A stretch of DNA of 64,000 nucleotides from Cyanophora paradoxa CCMP329 (lineage: Eukaryota; Plantae; Glaucophyta). Below, piece after piece: positions 1 to 11,820 of the stretch (its first letter is position 1; each line of letters starts with the position of its first letter). The DNA lies in NCBI GenBank assembly GCA_004431415.1, contig QPMI01000251.1, positions 1-64,000 on the forward strand. The letters run 5' to 3'. Position numbers and translations under genes: made by a program. The notes under the pieces were generated by a model. The model had not been told where the DNA came from and searched no databases. It was given only the letters and a program-made list of their open reading frames with translations.

Positions 1-445
1 CTCCCCCCTCCTGGCGAGGGGGACTTTGGGATCCGGAGGGGATAGTGCTTCTAGATCTATAGCGAAGGCTGAAGCTAAGGCTGAAGCTTGTTTCAACCGT
101 GATGATCGGCCTGCAATGCCATGATGGGCTTCCGAGGCTTCAACTGTGCCCTGGACCCCCCAACCCCTAAGCCTTAATTATAAGCTTGAAGCTCGCCTAG
201 GCCTCGCGGCCGCGGCCGCGCCCTGCACGTGCCATGGCGCGCGGCGGGCCCCGGGCCCGGCACCGGCGCGCGTCGGCGCCGTGTGGATGGCCAGCGCTAG
301 CCGCAGGTGATGTGGACACAGTGTCAAGCAGCCTGGCGATAGCCACGAGCACAGAGCTCGAGAGACCGGGAGTTTCACGGCAGCTGGCCGAGCGGCAAGC
401 TTAATCTCCTGACTTGGAAGGCGGGGCGCGGGGGGTCACGATCGG

Positions 446-1639
446 CTACAGGCTGGCGCGGGCCTCGGCGACGGCGGCGGCGTCAAAGAGGGCGATGAGC
501 TTGTCGAAGTGCTCGATGCCGCGGTCCAGCCCGGTGCGCGCCTTGAACAGGAAGTTCTTCTTGTTCTCCTCGTTCGGGAACTGCACCTGCGGGCGCAGCA
601 GTCAGCGTGGACGGGCGGGGGGACGGGGGGGCGGGGGGGCGGACGGCGAGGAGGTAGAAGGCGTTGTCCGCGTCCCGGAGGCCGCTCTGCGCCCCGCTCG
701 GCCCCGCCCGGCGGCCCCGGGAGGGGAGGGGGGGGGGGGGGGGGGGGAATGATCGGGAGCGGGAGGCCCTTACCAGGGTGGCGTCCTGCGGGCGCGCGAG
801 TCTCAGATTGAGCGGGGGCGGGGACGGGGCGGCCGGCGAGACGGATGCGCGGGGCGCGGGGCGGGCGCGCACCATCTCCTCGAAGGCCTCCTCGGGGTCT
901 GTGGACTTGTCCGCCGCCGCCGTCACGATCTGCTCCAGCTTCCTGCCGCCGGGCCCCCCGCCCCGCTCGCCGCCCCGCTCCCGGCAGCGCGCGCTACGCG
1001 GAGCGGCCCGGCGGGGCGCCAGCTCACCCGACCGGCGCGTTCTGCGGGTTGCGGCTCAGCGAGCGCCGGCGGGAGGCGAGGGGCGGGCGCGGGGGCGGCG
1101 GGGCGTGGGCGCACCTTGAGGAGGGTGCGGACCTTGTCCCACTGCTCCGCCTCGATCAGGCCCGGGATCTTGTCGATCAGCGCCCGCGCTGCGCCGACGT
1201 CAGCGCCCCGCGCGCGGGCCCCTCGCGACCCGGACGTGTGGCCGCCCGCGCGCAGGCTTCATATCAAACTGTCGCACCCTCGACGATTGGCCGCACAGCC
1301 TGCGGCGCGCGCGTTTAGATAGAACTCCTCACGGAGAAACGCTCGGACATCGCCTGGGCGCACCTTCACTATGGCCTCATCGGCGGCGCGCGCTGGTGCG
1401 GGGCCCGCGACGGCGAGCGCGGCGGCCAGGCCGGCCAGGAGCGCCGTACGCCGCGAGACTGGAGCATCGACGGCGCCGAAGACGGACTCGGCGCGGCAGT
1501 CGAAGTGCTGTTGGGCACCGGCCGGCAGCGACGGGCCGGCGTTGGAGCGGCGGATGGCGTTCGCTGGCCGGAACGACGAGCTGAACTGCAACCGGCAGGC
1601 CGAGCTGGCAGCGGCGATGACTTGAGCGGCGAACGCCAT
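446..1639 (-). CDS. PsbQ-like thylakoid lumen protein, nuclear-encoded with bipartite transit peptide (7 exons by manual splicing)
   Basis: ATG at 1639 gives MAFAAQ... (Ser/Ala/Arg-rich transit peptide), then the Tat motif SRRTALLAGL and an AxA site (ARA). Splicing GT-AG introns gives mature ...ARALIDKIPGLIEAEQWDKVRTLLKNAPVGKLEQIVTAAADKSTDPEEAFEEMDATLSGLRDADNAFYLLAVQFPNEENKKNFLFKAHTGLDRGIEHFDKLIALF...SL*. The LI..+.W..VR..L..P.G motif is typical of PsbQ/CyanoQ four-helix proteins. Stop at 446-448. Confidence 0.7.
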
Positions 1640-1688
1640 ACTAGCAGCTCGATTGGCTTGTACTGGGTTGGACAAGTTGGCAACGGAA

Positions 1689-4639
1689 ATGGACCCCGGC
1701 GAGCGGGCCAGGCTGCTGGCCCGCCTCTCGCGGCTGCTGCACGCGGGCCACATCGACGCGGACGGGGAGGAAGCGGCGACAGCGCGCGCCGACCTCGAGG
1801 CGGCCGTCGCGGAGTGCGCTCTCACCTCGCGCCCGGCGCTCCTCGCAGCCTCACGCCGCGCGCAGGCAGCAGCCGGCCCGCGCGGTGGACGCGCTCATGC
1901 TGCTGATCGGCCGCGCGACGGGCTCCGGCGCCCCGGCGGTGCAGCGCGTCTGCGGGGCGCTGCTCGCCGGCTGCCTGGCGCGCCCGGGCGGCGTCCGCGC
2001 GCTCCTGGAGCACCTGCTCGGCGCCGCAGGCGAGGGTGCGGCGCACCCGCCCTCGCCGGCGGCGCGCGGCGGCCGAGCGCGGGGCGCAGGGGACGAGGAG
2101 GCCTTCCGGCGGGCGGCACGCGCCATCGCCTCGCCGCCGCCGCAGGCCGCCGACCCTGACGTGCGCCCCGACCCGGGCCCCGCGCCCCGCGCCGGCGCCG
2201 GCGCCGCTGAGGTGCGACAGGCGTACCTGGGCCCCGTCTGCGGGCAGCTCGCCGAGCTGCTGGCGGCGGAGGGGTCGGGCCGCGCCCTCGCCCGCGGCGC
2301 GGCGGCGGCGGCGCACGCGGTGACGGCACGGTCGCCGGGGCGCGCGCAGCGGCTGCTCGTGCGGCCGCTGCTGGCGCCGCTGCTCGCCGAGCCGGCGCCG
2401 GGGGCGGAGGAGGAGGCCGAGCGCGCCGCCGGCGGCAGCCTGCGCGCCCTCGAGGCCCTTCTCGCCCGCCACGCCGCGCCCCCGACCCTCTTCCCCTCGC
2501 CGGCCCTGGTCCGCGCCCCGCGCCCGCGCCCCCCGCCCCGCCACGCCCCGCCCGACGCCGGCCGGCAGCGTACCCCGCCCTCCTGGGGCTGCTGGCGGAC
2601 TCGGAGGGGGCGGCGTGGGGCCTCGAGGCCCGCCGCACCGCCCGCTCTGTCCTCGCCGCCGCCCTCGCCGCCGCCGACCCCGACGCCCCGCCGGCCGCCC
2701 CGGGGCGGCCCCGGCCCTCGTCCCCTCCGAGGCCCTCGCGTGGGCCGGCCCCGGCGGCGGCCCCGCTCCGGTCGGCTTCGTCGCGGGCCCCTCTGGCGGC
2801 GCTGTGCCGCGGCGCCTGCCCGAGGGGACGAAGGGCGCGCCGCCGCCCGCCCGCCCTCTGCTCCGGCCGCTGAGCGCGCCGCAGGGAGGCGGAGCGGTGG
2901 GCGCGACGCGGGGCGGCCCTCGGGGCTCTGGCGGGGGCGGAGGGCGTGCCGCCGGCGGTCGCCGCGGAGCTCTTCCTCGCCGCCCTCGCCGCCGCCCCGC
3001 GCGGGCCCGACGAGCCCGTCCCGTGCGCCCCGCCCTCCCGGCGTGCGCCTCTGGCCGCCGACGCCGGCGCCGGCGCAGGCCGCGCGCGGCGGGCGCCCTC
3101 GCGCTGCTCGCGGCGCTCGCCGAGGCGGGGGCCCCGCGGGGCCGGCCGCCTTCCTCCTCGCCCGGGCCGCGGCGCCGTCGGCCGCGCGGCGCGCCTCCTG
3201 GCAGCGCTGCTCGAGCGGGAGGGGGGCGGGGGCGGGGAGGGCCCCGCGCCCCTCGCCCTCGCCCTCGCGGGGGCCCTCCTCTCGGGCCTCGTGCCCGGGC
3301 CCGGCCGCCCGCCCCGGCGCCCGCTGACCGCGCCGCCCTCGACGCCCTCGTGCCACCCCTCCGCGCCCTCTCCCTCCACCCCAGGCCCGCCCCGCCCCCG
3401 CCCCGCCCCGCCCCGCCCCGACCCCGCGCGCAGCCCGGACGTCGCCGCCGCGGCGTCGGCCGCCCGCGCCGCCCTCGCCGCCCTCCGCGGGGACCCCTCC
3501 GAGGCCCCGGGGCGCCCGGGCCCCGGCGGCCCCGGGGGCGAGCTCGCGGAGGCGATCGCGGACCTGACGCGGGCCGATGCGGCGCCGCCGGAGCGGGCGG
3601 CCGGCGCGGGGGCCGTGCGGCGCCTCGCCGAGGCGGGGGACGCGCGCCTGCGGGCCGACCCCGGGCCCGCCCTCGCCGCCCTCCTCTGCGCCTCCCGCGA
3701 CCCCGACAGGCCCGCCCCGCCCCGCTCCCGCCCCCTCCCGCCCCCGGGGGCGCCTGACGGGGCGGCGGGGCAGCTTCGCGTACCTGCACGCGGTGCGGGC
3801 GCTGGGCGCCCTCGCCGCCTGCTGCCCCGCCGCCGCCCTCGCTCCCCTCGCCGCCGCCACCGCCGACCCCTCCCGCCCCTTCCCCGTGCGGGCCGCGGTG
3901 CGCGGGCGCGGGGCGCGGGGCGCGGGGCGCGTCGGGCCGGCGCGACGCGCGCGGCGGCAGCTGACAGAGGCGCTGGTGGACGCCGCGCGGCGCCTCGGAC
4001 CGCTCCTCACGCCCCACGGTGCCCCGCCCCGCCCCCGCCCCGCCGCGCTGTCGGGCGGACGCGGGACGCAGCGGCGTGCGCGATGCTGGCGCTGCTCGAG
4101 GGGACGCGGGACGGCGACGCCGGCGTGCGGGCCTCGAGCGCCTCGTGGGCACCCCCGCCCCGCCCGCCCGCCCCCGCCGGCGCGGCCGCGAGCGGGCGGC
4201 AGGGCGCTGGGGGAGGTGCTGCTGGCGCTGGGGCACGGGGCGTGGCCCTTCTACGGGACGTGCTCCCCGCCGCCCTCGCCCTCGCCGCCGACGCGAGCCC
4301 CGAGGCGCGCCGCGGCGGCCTCCGCGCCCTCGCCGCCGCCTTCGAGGCCCTCGGCGGGAGGCCCTCGCGGGGCCCTCGCCCTCGCGGGGGCGCGGGCCCC
4401 GGGGGCGGGGCGGCCTCCCCGCGGAGCTCGTGCGGGACGCCCGCCGCGCCCTCGCCCGCGCCGCCGACGACCCCGCCGCCGACCCCCTCACCCGCTCCCA
4501 CGCCGCCGCCGCCCTCGCCGCCCTCGCCGACGCCGTGCGCGCCGCCCTCGGCGGGCAGCCCGCCCTCGAGATCCGCATGCCCGGCACCGCCGGCCCCGCC
4601 GCCCGCTGGCGCCTCGGCCCCACCCAACTGAGGGGCTAG
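1689..4639 (+). CDS. TANGO6: TANGO6 / Rtp1 (RNA polymerase II nuclear import / transport and Golgi organisation 6) HEAT-like protein, copy 1, multi-exon
   Basis: Starts MDPGERARLL. Exon fragments include LARPGGVRALLE, D(P)DSFAYLHAVRALGALAA, EALVDAARRLGPLL, LLEGTRDGDAGVRASS..LGEV, ADASPEARRGGL and ADDPAADPLTRSHAAAALAAL, matching RTP1_C1/C2 motifs. Exact exon boundaries are obscured by G/C homopolymer indels. Confidence 0.75.
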
Positions 4640-5160
4640 AGACACGTCGCTCGCTGGGCGGGGTCCATGGCCACGATCGATTATACTATGAAACACCCCC
4701 TTTGCAAGCCTTGAAGCCTGGCAAGGTTGGGATCTCTAACGCCAGCTGTGGGCTGAGCGGCCGCTGTCACAGTGTAGGTGCAGGCTATAGCTAGGTCCGA
4801 CGGTCCTGGCCCGAACTTCGGAACTTCCGAACTGAGTCGGAAGTTCGGAATTCGAACTAGAACTTCGCAAGTCGGTTCCAGCTATAGCCCGGCCGTCGGA
4901 CTGTTTCGGTCTCGCAGCCTAGCGCCCCGGGACCCTTCCCAACGTATCCCAAGCTTGAAGGCCCCGGCCCCGGCCCAGGCCTGAAGGCGGCCGGCCGCGG
5001 GCCTCGGCCGCCCCGCCACCAGGCCCGGGCCCCGCCCGGAAGACCCAGGTACAGGCACCAGTTCAGGTCTCGTGAGTCTCATCACAAGCGGGGATTGAGC
5101 TCTGCAAGTGGTGCTCTGATAGAGCACTGCGACAACTGACGAATATGGACGCAAGACTAT

Positions 5161-5762
5161 CTAGAGGTAACAGCGCACGTTAAGCTGCCGCGCCAGCGCT
5201 TGCCTGCGCACCAAGTCGGGAACAGCCGGTCCGAAGTGCTGCTGCTGGTGCGCGGGGCCAAAGTAGTACGCAAGCCACGCATTCAGCTGTTGAGTGTTTA
5301 GTGCAAGGAGCTCCTGGCCGCTCGTGATCGGTGGCAGCTGGGGGAGCGGGTCGCCCGCCTGGTTGCGGACGGGGCGGAAAGGAAGGAAAACGCCGTCGCC
5401 GCAGGTGGCGTTCCAGTTCCGATTGGCCTGCGCAACGGGCTTGAGGCCGTGATGGATTCGATGATCCTGGCACACGCGCACGTCCTGCTGCAGCTGCAAA
5501 AGCTGCCCCTGGATGTCCTGCAGCTGGGCAGGGACCTGCGTGGGTGCTCGTCGAACGTTACCAGCAGCGGCCCGGGAATCAAAAGAAGAGTACGGACGTT
5601 CAACAAGCCTTGCAGCGCTGCGGCCGGCGCCAGCTGCGGGGTGGAATTTGCGAGGGAAGCGGACCCCTGCGAGATCTGATTTAGCGCATTTATCGCCGCT
5701 TGAAAGGCCGCGGCCGGCGCCGGGGCAGCTCCAGGGGCTGGCGCTGGCGCCGGCGCTGCCAT
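5161..5762 (-). CDS. Small coiled-coil protein with Mug135_C / DUF1773-like C-terminal domain, copy 1
   Basis: ATG 5762 (MAAPAPAP...), a GT-AG intron at 5536-5597, then VPAQLQDIQGQLLQLQQDV...ANRNWNATCGDGVFLPFRPVRNQAGDPLPQLPPITSGQELLALNTQQLNAWLAYYF...RRQALARQLNV*. The N-A..G-G...PF..V....G-P..LP.I.S...L..L...QL..WL.YY...RR..LA pattern resembles Mug135_C. Confidence 0.6.
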
Positions 5763-6625
5763 CGATACCTGAAGACTGGCGCACCCGCGCGTGCTTGATG
5801 CGGGTTGCGTTCGAGTCCAAGTCGCGCGCGTGCCGCTTCGCGCGCCTGGCTTGCATGTGCGTCGATGCGTGCGAAGCGGTGTGCTGGCTGGCCATGGCTG
5901 ACTCGTGCCGATGCATGCACGCGAAGCGGTGTGCAGCTCGCTGACTCCTGAGTTGGCTGGCGTCAGGTACAACGTCAGATCTGGCCATGCGGCGAAGATG
6001 CGGCGAACGAGCTGAAGTTGGATTTGAACCTCGGGAAGCCGGTTGCGGGAGCTCCTGCTAGGCTAGACCGAGGAGGCGAAGTAAAAGCTGCACGCGCTAT
6101 TGGCCAAACCACGTTACGTACCGAAGCGGCACCGGCGCCGCACCGACGCTAGCTACAACGCGCGGCACCGTGGTGGACGTGGGAGTGTACCCCCCGGACG
6201 TTCACCTGAGAATCAAATCACCCTCAGCATTGTATCGCCGTGAAGCACGCCGGCGCTCACCGCGCACCCGATGAGCGATGCTCTGAGATCTGCAGCACTA
6301 CGCTCGCCTAGATCGCTTTCGAGCCGCCCAGCGCGCCCGACCAAGCAAGGTGCGCCCGATTTGGAGGCTTCACGGTTTGCCTGCCGAGATAAAATCGTCC
6401 ATCTGCTGACGATGGACCCGCGTCCTCAGTCATTGAGTCAGGTCCGCGCACTCGAATGCGCAGCGCCGACGCTAGCACGTCTTCCCCGCGGCCCGATCGC
6501 ACGCAGAAAGGATCCAATGATCGCATAAGGGCTTTCCATGGTGCGTGGTGCCGGGCGCGTGCCGCGAGCCTTGAAGCCTGGCAAGGTTGGGCCCGGGATC
6601 CCTAACGCCAGCTGTGGGCTGAGCG

Positions 6626-8085
6626 GCCTCTGGCGGGGGCGGAGGGCGTGCCGCCGGCTCTCGCCGCCGCCCCGCGCGGGCCCGACGAGCCCGTCCCGTG
6701 CGCCCCGCCCTCCCGGCGTGCGCCTCTGGCCGCCGACGCCGGCGCCGGCGCAGGCCGCGCGCGGCGGGCGCCCTCGCGCTGCTCGCGGCGCTCGCCGAGG
6801 CGGGGGCCCCGCGGGGCCGGCCGCCTTTCTCCTCGCCCGGGCCGCGGCGCCGTCGGCCGCGCGGCGCGCCTCCTGGCAGCGCTGCTCGAGCGGGAGGGGG
6901 CGGGGCGGGGAGGGCCCGCGCCCCTCGCCCTCGCCCTCGCGGGGCCCTCCTCTCGGGCCTCGTCCCGGGCCCCGGCCGCCCGCCCCGGCGCCCGCCGACC
7001 GCGCCGCCCTCGACGCCCTCGTGCCGCCCCTCCGCGCCCTCTCCCTCCACTCCAGGCGCGCCCCGCCCCGCCCCGCCCCGCCCGCCCCCGACCCGCGCGC
7101 GCAGCCCGGACGTCGCCGCCGCGGCGTCGGCCGCCCGCGCCGCCCTCGCCGCCCTCCGCGGGGCCCCTCGGAGGCCCTGGGGCGCGCGGGCCCTCGGCGG
7201 CCCCGGGGGCGAGCTCGCGGAGGCGATCGCGGACCTGACGCGGGCCGGGGCGGCGCCGCCGGAGCGGGCGGCCGGCGCGGGGCCGTGCGGCGCCTCGCCC
7301 AGGCGGGGAACGCGCGCCTGCGGGCCGACCCCGGGCCCGCCCTCGCCGCCCTCCTCTGCGCCTCCCGCGACCCGACAGGCCCGCCCCGCCATCCCCCCGC
7401 CTCCCCGGGGCGGCTGACGAGGCGGGGGACGCGCGCCTGCGGGCCGACCCCGGGCCCGCCCTCGCCGCCCTCCTCTGCGCCTCCCGCGACCCCGACAGGC
7501 CCGCCCCGCCATCCCCCGCCTCCCCGGGGGCGGCTGACGGGGCGGCGGGGGCAGCTTCGCGTACCTCCACGCGGTGCGGGCGCTGGGCGCCCTCGCCGCC
7601 TGCTGCCCGCCGCCGCCCTCCCGCCCTCGCCGCCGCCACCGCCGACCCCTCCCGCCCCTTCCCCGTGCGGGCCGCGGTGCGCGGGGCGCGGGGCGCGCGG
7701 GGCCGGCGCGACGGGCGCGGCGGCAGCTGACGGAGGCGCTGGTGGACTTCGCGCGGCGCCTCGGGCCGCTCCTCACGCCCCACGGTGCCCCACCCCGCCC
7801 CGCGCCGCCGCGCCGCGGCGCCGCGGTACGGACGCGGGCGCAGCGGCGTGCGTGGTGCTGGCGCTGCTCGAGGGACGCGGGACGGCGACGCCGGCGTGCG
7901 GGCCTCGAGCGCCTCGTGGGCATCCCCGCCCCTGCCCGTCCCGCCGGCGCGGCCGCGAGCGGGCGGCAGGGCGCCGGCGCTGGGGAGGTGCTGCTGGCGC
8001 TGGGGCACGGGGCGTGGCCCTTCTACGGGACGTGCTCCCCGCCGCCCTCGCCCTCGCCGCCGACGCGAGCCCCGAGGCGCGCCGC
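6626..8085 (+). pseudogene. Partial internal copy of TANGO6, lacking both 5' and 3' ends, with a local internal duplication
   Basis: Near-identical to about 2926-4310. It has an extra duplication at about 7310-7530 and no start exon. Confidence 0.75.
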
Positions 8086-9016
8086 TGCGCCGCGGGGCGG
8101 ACGCGGGGCGCAGCGGCGTCACGCGGCGTGCCCCTCCTCAGGCCGGGGGGAAAGTATTCTGGACTCGGGGGTCGTGCGCGTGGTCATGTCAACGGATCGA
8201 AGATACTAAACGGATCGAGGAGTGCTAAACGCGCTGAAGGAGAGCTTTAGAAGCGCAGTCGTCCGGACGCGTGCGCAGCGGCCCGCGACTGATGCGCCGA
8301 TTGCTCCCCCGGGGAGGGTGACTTGGGGGGGGGGGGCACTCTGGGAAGCAATCAGCGCATCGGTCGTCCATCATAGTATTGGCGACCAGTCAGCGCATGC
8401 GGCGGTCTTTGAGCGGGCCCGCAAGGTCCGGTTCACTTGGCGTAACGGCGTACGTGTGCAGGAGCGGCGCAGGCGCGCGCCCGACGGAAAGTTTGACCAG
8501 TCCGCAGGTCTCTCCGCTTGGCGGAGTAAGAAATGAAGCTGGCGTTCACGTTTTTCTCGTCATTTCGCTTCGACACCAGCCGCCCAACCGCGTTGACATG
8601 TACAACCGCACACCCTGCGCAACCGCTGGTGAAGCCTCACAGTCTAGGGACCTTCGCATCTTTTCAGCACACGACCCGCTTTTCAGCGGCCGATACCTGC
8701 GCATCCTGTGTGGTGGGCCGACGGCAATGGCTGGGAGCATCGCTCGCGCCAGCTGTGACAACAGCTCTTACACCTGGGGAATTCGTGCGCAATGGCTCTC
8801 CGCAGCCACAGGAGGATCATTTCGGTAAGAGTGGCATCCTCACTTGTGCAAGTGCACGTGGTTATAGGAAGACGAAGAAGAAGCAATGCAAGCGGAAGGA
8901 TGGAGAACCGAAGAGGTAAGAAAATTTTGTTGACCAATAATTTCTTGAAAATCGGTATTGGGTTCTTGCTGATGCATATCGTCGCAGATCACTGTACTCA
9001 ATGGTCAAAATGGTTC

Positions 9017-9655
9017 TAGAACGCATGGTGCATTTTTGAGTCTCTCAAGACCGTGTGGGCACCTGATGTACACATTGCCCCAGGGCAACATGGAGACATC
9101 CATCGAAGAGCTGAAGGTGCGGATTGTGTAGATTGTTCTGTGTGTATGTGCTCATACGCCCTCCCATTTGCAGAACCGCGTGGTGCATTTTTGAGTCTCT
9201 CAAGAGCACCTCGTGGGCACCTGATGTACACATTGCCCCAGGGCAACGTGGAGACATCCATCGAAGAGCTGAAGGTGCGGATTGTGTAGATTGTTCTGTG
9301 TGTATGTGCTCATACGCCCTCCCATTTGCAGAACCGCGTGGTGCATTTTTGAGTCTCTCAAGAGCACCATGTGGGCACCTGATGTACACATTGCCCCAGG
9401 GCAACGTGGAGAAATCCATAGGACGGCTGGAGGTGTGGATTTCCTGTCGTGTAGATTTGTTCTGCGTGTATGTACTCATACGCCCTCCCATTTGCAGAAC
9501 CGCGTGGTGCATTTTTGAGTGTCTCAAGAGCACCATGTGGGCACCTGATGTAAATATCGCCCCAGGGCAATGTGGAGAAATCCATAGGAGGGCTGGAGGT
9601 GTGGATTTCCTGTCGTGTAGATTTGTTCTGTGTGTATGTGCTCATATGCCCTCGC
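9017..9655. repeat. Tandem repeat, about 4 copies of a ~155-166 bp unit
   Basis: gaac(c)gcgtggtgcatttttgagt(c/g)tctcaagagcacc... recurs at about 9018, 9173, 9331 and 9497, with continuous similarity across the whole unit. Confidence 0.9.
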
Positions 9656-9779
9656 ATATGCAGATGCGATTAAATTCTACGTTGCAGTGTGTGGTCTGTG
9701 CCTGGACTCTGGGATCAGCTTTTATAATCGTGTGTTTATTTTCGGCAGGGAACTCTTGCTGAGGACAATGTTCGTAACT

Positions 9780-11080
9780 CAATGAGAAGTCAGCTTGGAG
9801 ATGGTGCTAATCGGGCAATGGTGGGGATGCCGTGTGTTTTCTTTATGACTCTGAACTCATCCAACTGGCAGATCAAGAGCATTCGGGATTTGGTGCTACT
9901 TTTCCCAGAACCCTGTCAAGAAATTCTTTCTACAAAAATCATGGATGACTTGCGACAGCACCAGGTTGCTTTTCTGTTGAATGAGAACTAGACACATTCT
10001 GCTCATATCGTGTGCAACCTTTGCAGGACAGCCTTATCGAGGATTTCTTTCATTCCTTGGTTGTCTTGCTTCTGAAGAGAAAATCAATGGTAAGTGTCGA
10101 ACTTGTTTGGTTTGAACTAACTTGTAACTTGTATTCAAGCCATCCATAGACCTTCTTCACCCTTGCTGGGCAAGAGCTCCGGAACCGTGGGCATGAGGTG
10201 GATGTGGCAATGACACTCGAGATCATTGCAGCAGAGGATGACAATGCCAAATACCTGGTTTGTGATGTGATAGTTGTGTAGCTCACCTTTTCACCTCACT
10301 TCCATTTTCGCAAGATGAGTGTTATTTCATTTCTGCAAGACCAAAAGCAGGTTGGAATCCTTGGCAAGGCACTGAAGAACCTGTGCATCTACATGATTGA
10401 AGAAGAAAGGCTTCGGGTGCGTTCTGCTCAAGTTTCCTTCCACTGTGTTTCTCCTGACTTGCATTCTGCAGGAGCTTTTCTCATGGAAAGACACGAATGG
10501 GAACATCCGGTATGCAGAAACTGCAATCAGGCTTGTCAAAGCAATTCAGCTCTTACACCTTCAGAAGGTGCATTGTACAATGACTGATGTCTGTTTTTGG
10601 CCCCAGCAGTCCAGTTCCTGACTGCAGGGACAGCAAGGAGTCCTGTCAGAGTTTGGTGAACTCTCGATTGCTCTTGTTAACCTACGCTGCAACAATAAAT
10701 GGCAAGACCACATTGAACTGGACTGCCGTGGAAGAGTGATTGTTTTGGATGGAAAGATCAGTGCTGAGTTGGGCGAAATCAAACTGTTCCCAAACAAGAG
10801 CTCATTGGGTGCCTTTTTTGTGACGAATACTTTGCCCTCACTTACTCACTCAAAGTCAGATTCGGGCCGCAAGCAGCTTGTTGCTCATGCACGTGTGATT
10901 GCATGGGCGTGCAGCTTGCTTCCTGGAAGACATTCTGTTGAAATCGTCGGCTGGCTTTGCATTCTTCTTGGAAAAAACTGGGAAAGAGTTCCCTCAATCA
11001 GTGGACGGACGGAGCAGTTGCCAAGCTTTAATGGCGAGGATATACCTGCTGTCATTCACTTCTTCCAGAAAGAATGGTAA
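9780..11080 (+). other. Lower-GC segment with possible exon fragments of an unidentified gene or element
   Basis: Protein-like short ORFs (e.g. 10736-11080 ...IVLDGKISAELGEIKLFPNK...IHFFQKEW). Composition is clearly less GC-rich than the flanking genes. No recognisable domain. Confidence 0.3.
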
Positions 11081-11385
11081 ATTCTCCAGCCCGATTTGTC
11101 TTTCATCTCAACCTAATCTCTTTGGTGTAGGGTGTACGAGATACCAATGGATGCTCTGGAAGAAGACATGGCACAAGTTGGTGACTAATAGCACTTCATT
11201 CTCAAGTTGCCAAGCTTTAATGGCGAGGATATACATGCTGTCATGCACTTCTTCCAGAAAGAATGGTAAATTCTCCAGCCCGATTTTTCTTTCATCTCAA
11301 CCTGATTTCTTTGGTGTAGGGTGTATGAGATACCAATGGATACTCTGAAACAAGACATGGCACAAGTTGGTGACTACTTCATTCT
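11016..11385. repeat. Two-copy tandem duplication, ~189 bp
   Basis: agttgccaagctttaatggcgaggatatac... at 11016 and 11205, with several substitutions. Confidence 0.85.
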
Positions 11386-11571
11386 CATGTGCTTGGTTGG
11401 GGCTAGCAATCCTGGCTCCCTGCCATGATCCAGCACATCTCCCAGACACTCTCATGCAGCCCTGCCCCTCCCTCCCCTCTATTATGTCGCTCCCCTTCTT
11501 CCACACCCCTGTCTTTTTCTCTCCACGGAATGGATCCAAGAACTCGCATTTTAGAGGGCGAGTAGAGGGCG

Positions 11572-11771
11572 AGGGCGGGGCAGCCGGCGAGACGGGTGCG
11601 CGAGGCACGTGCACGTGGTGGGTGCGCACAAACTCCCTGAAGGCCGCCTCGCGATCGGGGTCGGTGGCCGGCGTTGGAGCGGCGGATGGCGTTCGCTGGC
11701 CGGAACGACGAGCTGAACTGCAACCGGCAGGCCGAGCTGGCAGCGGCGATGACTTGAGCGGCGAACGCCAT
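11572..11771 (-). pseudogene. Truncated, internally deleted copy of the PsbQ-like gene
   Basis: 11667-11771 matches the transit-peptide start of the gene at 1639. It is fused directly to a diverged version of the TDPEEAFEEM exon (TDPDREAAFREF) and part of the following intron. The remaining exons are absent. Confidence 0.75.
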
Positions 11772-11820
11772 ACTAGCAGCTCGATTGGCTTGTACTGGGT
11801 TGGACAAGTTGGCAACGGAA

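Noticed and set aside
1822-4623. Very long ORFs (e.g. 933 aa here, 935 aa at 11983-14790, 897 aa at 21182-23875)
   Set aside because: These are Arg/Pro/Gly/Ala-rich shadow frames caused by stop-codon scarcity in very GC-rich DNA. The real genes are spliced TANGO6 and SEC3.
4812-4868. gaacttc/gaagttc cluster as heat-shock element or terminator hairpin
   Set aside because: The GAA-TTC spacing does not fit nGAAnnTTCn, and the short inverted repeat has no supporting context.
9017-9655. Possible CRISPR array
   Set aside because: The units are similar along their full ~158 bp with no unique spacers, there are no cas genes, and the context is eukaryotic.
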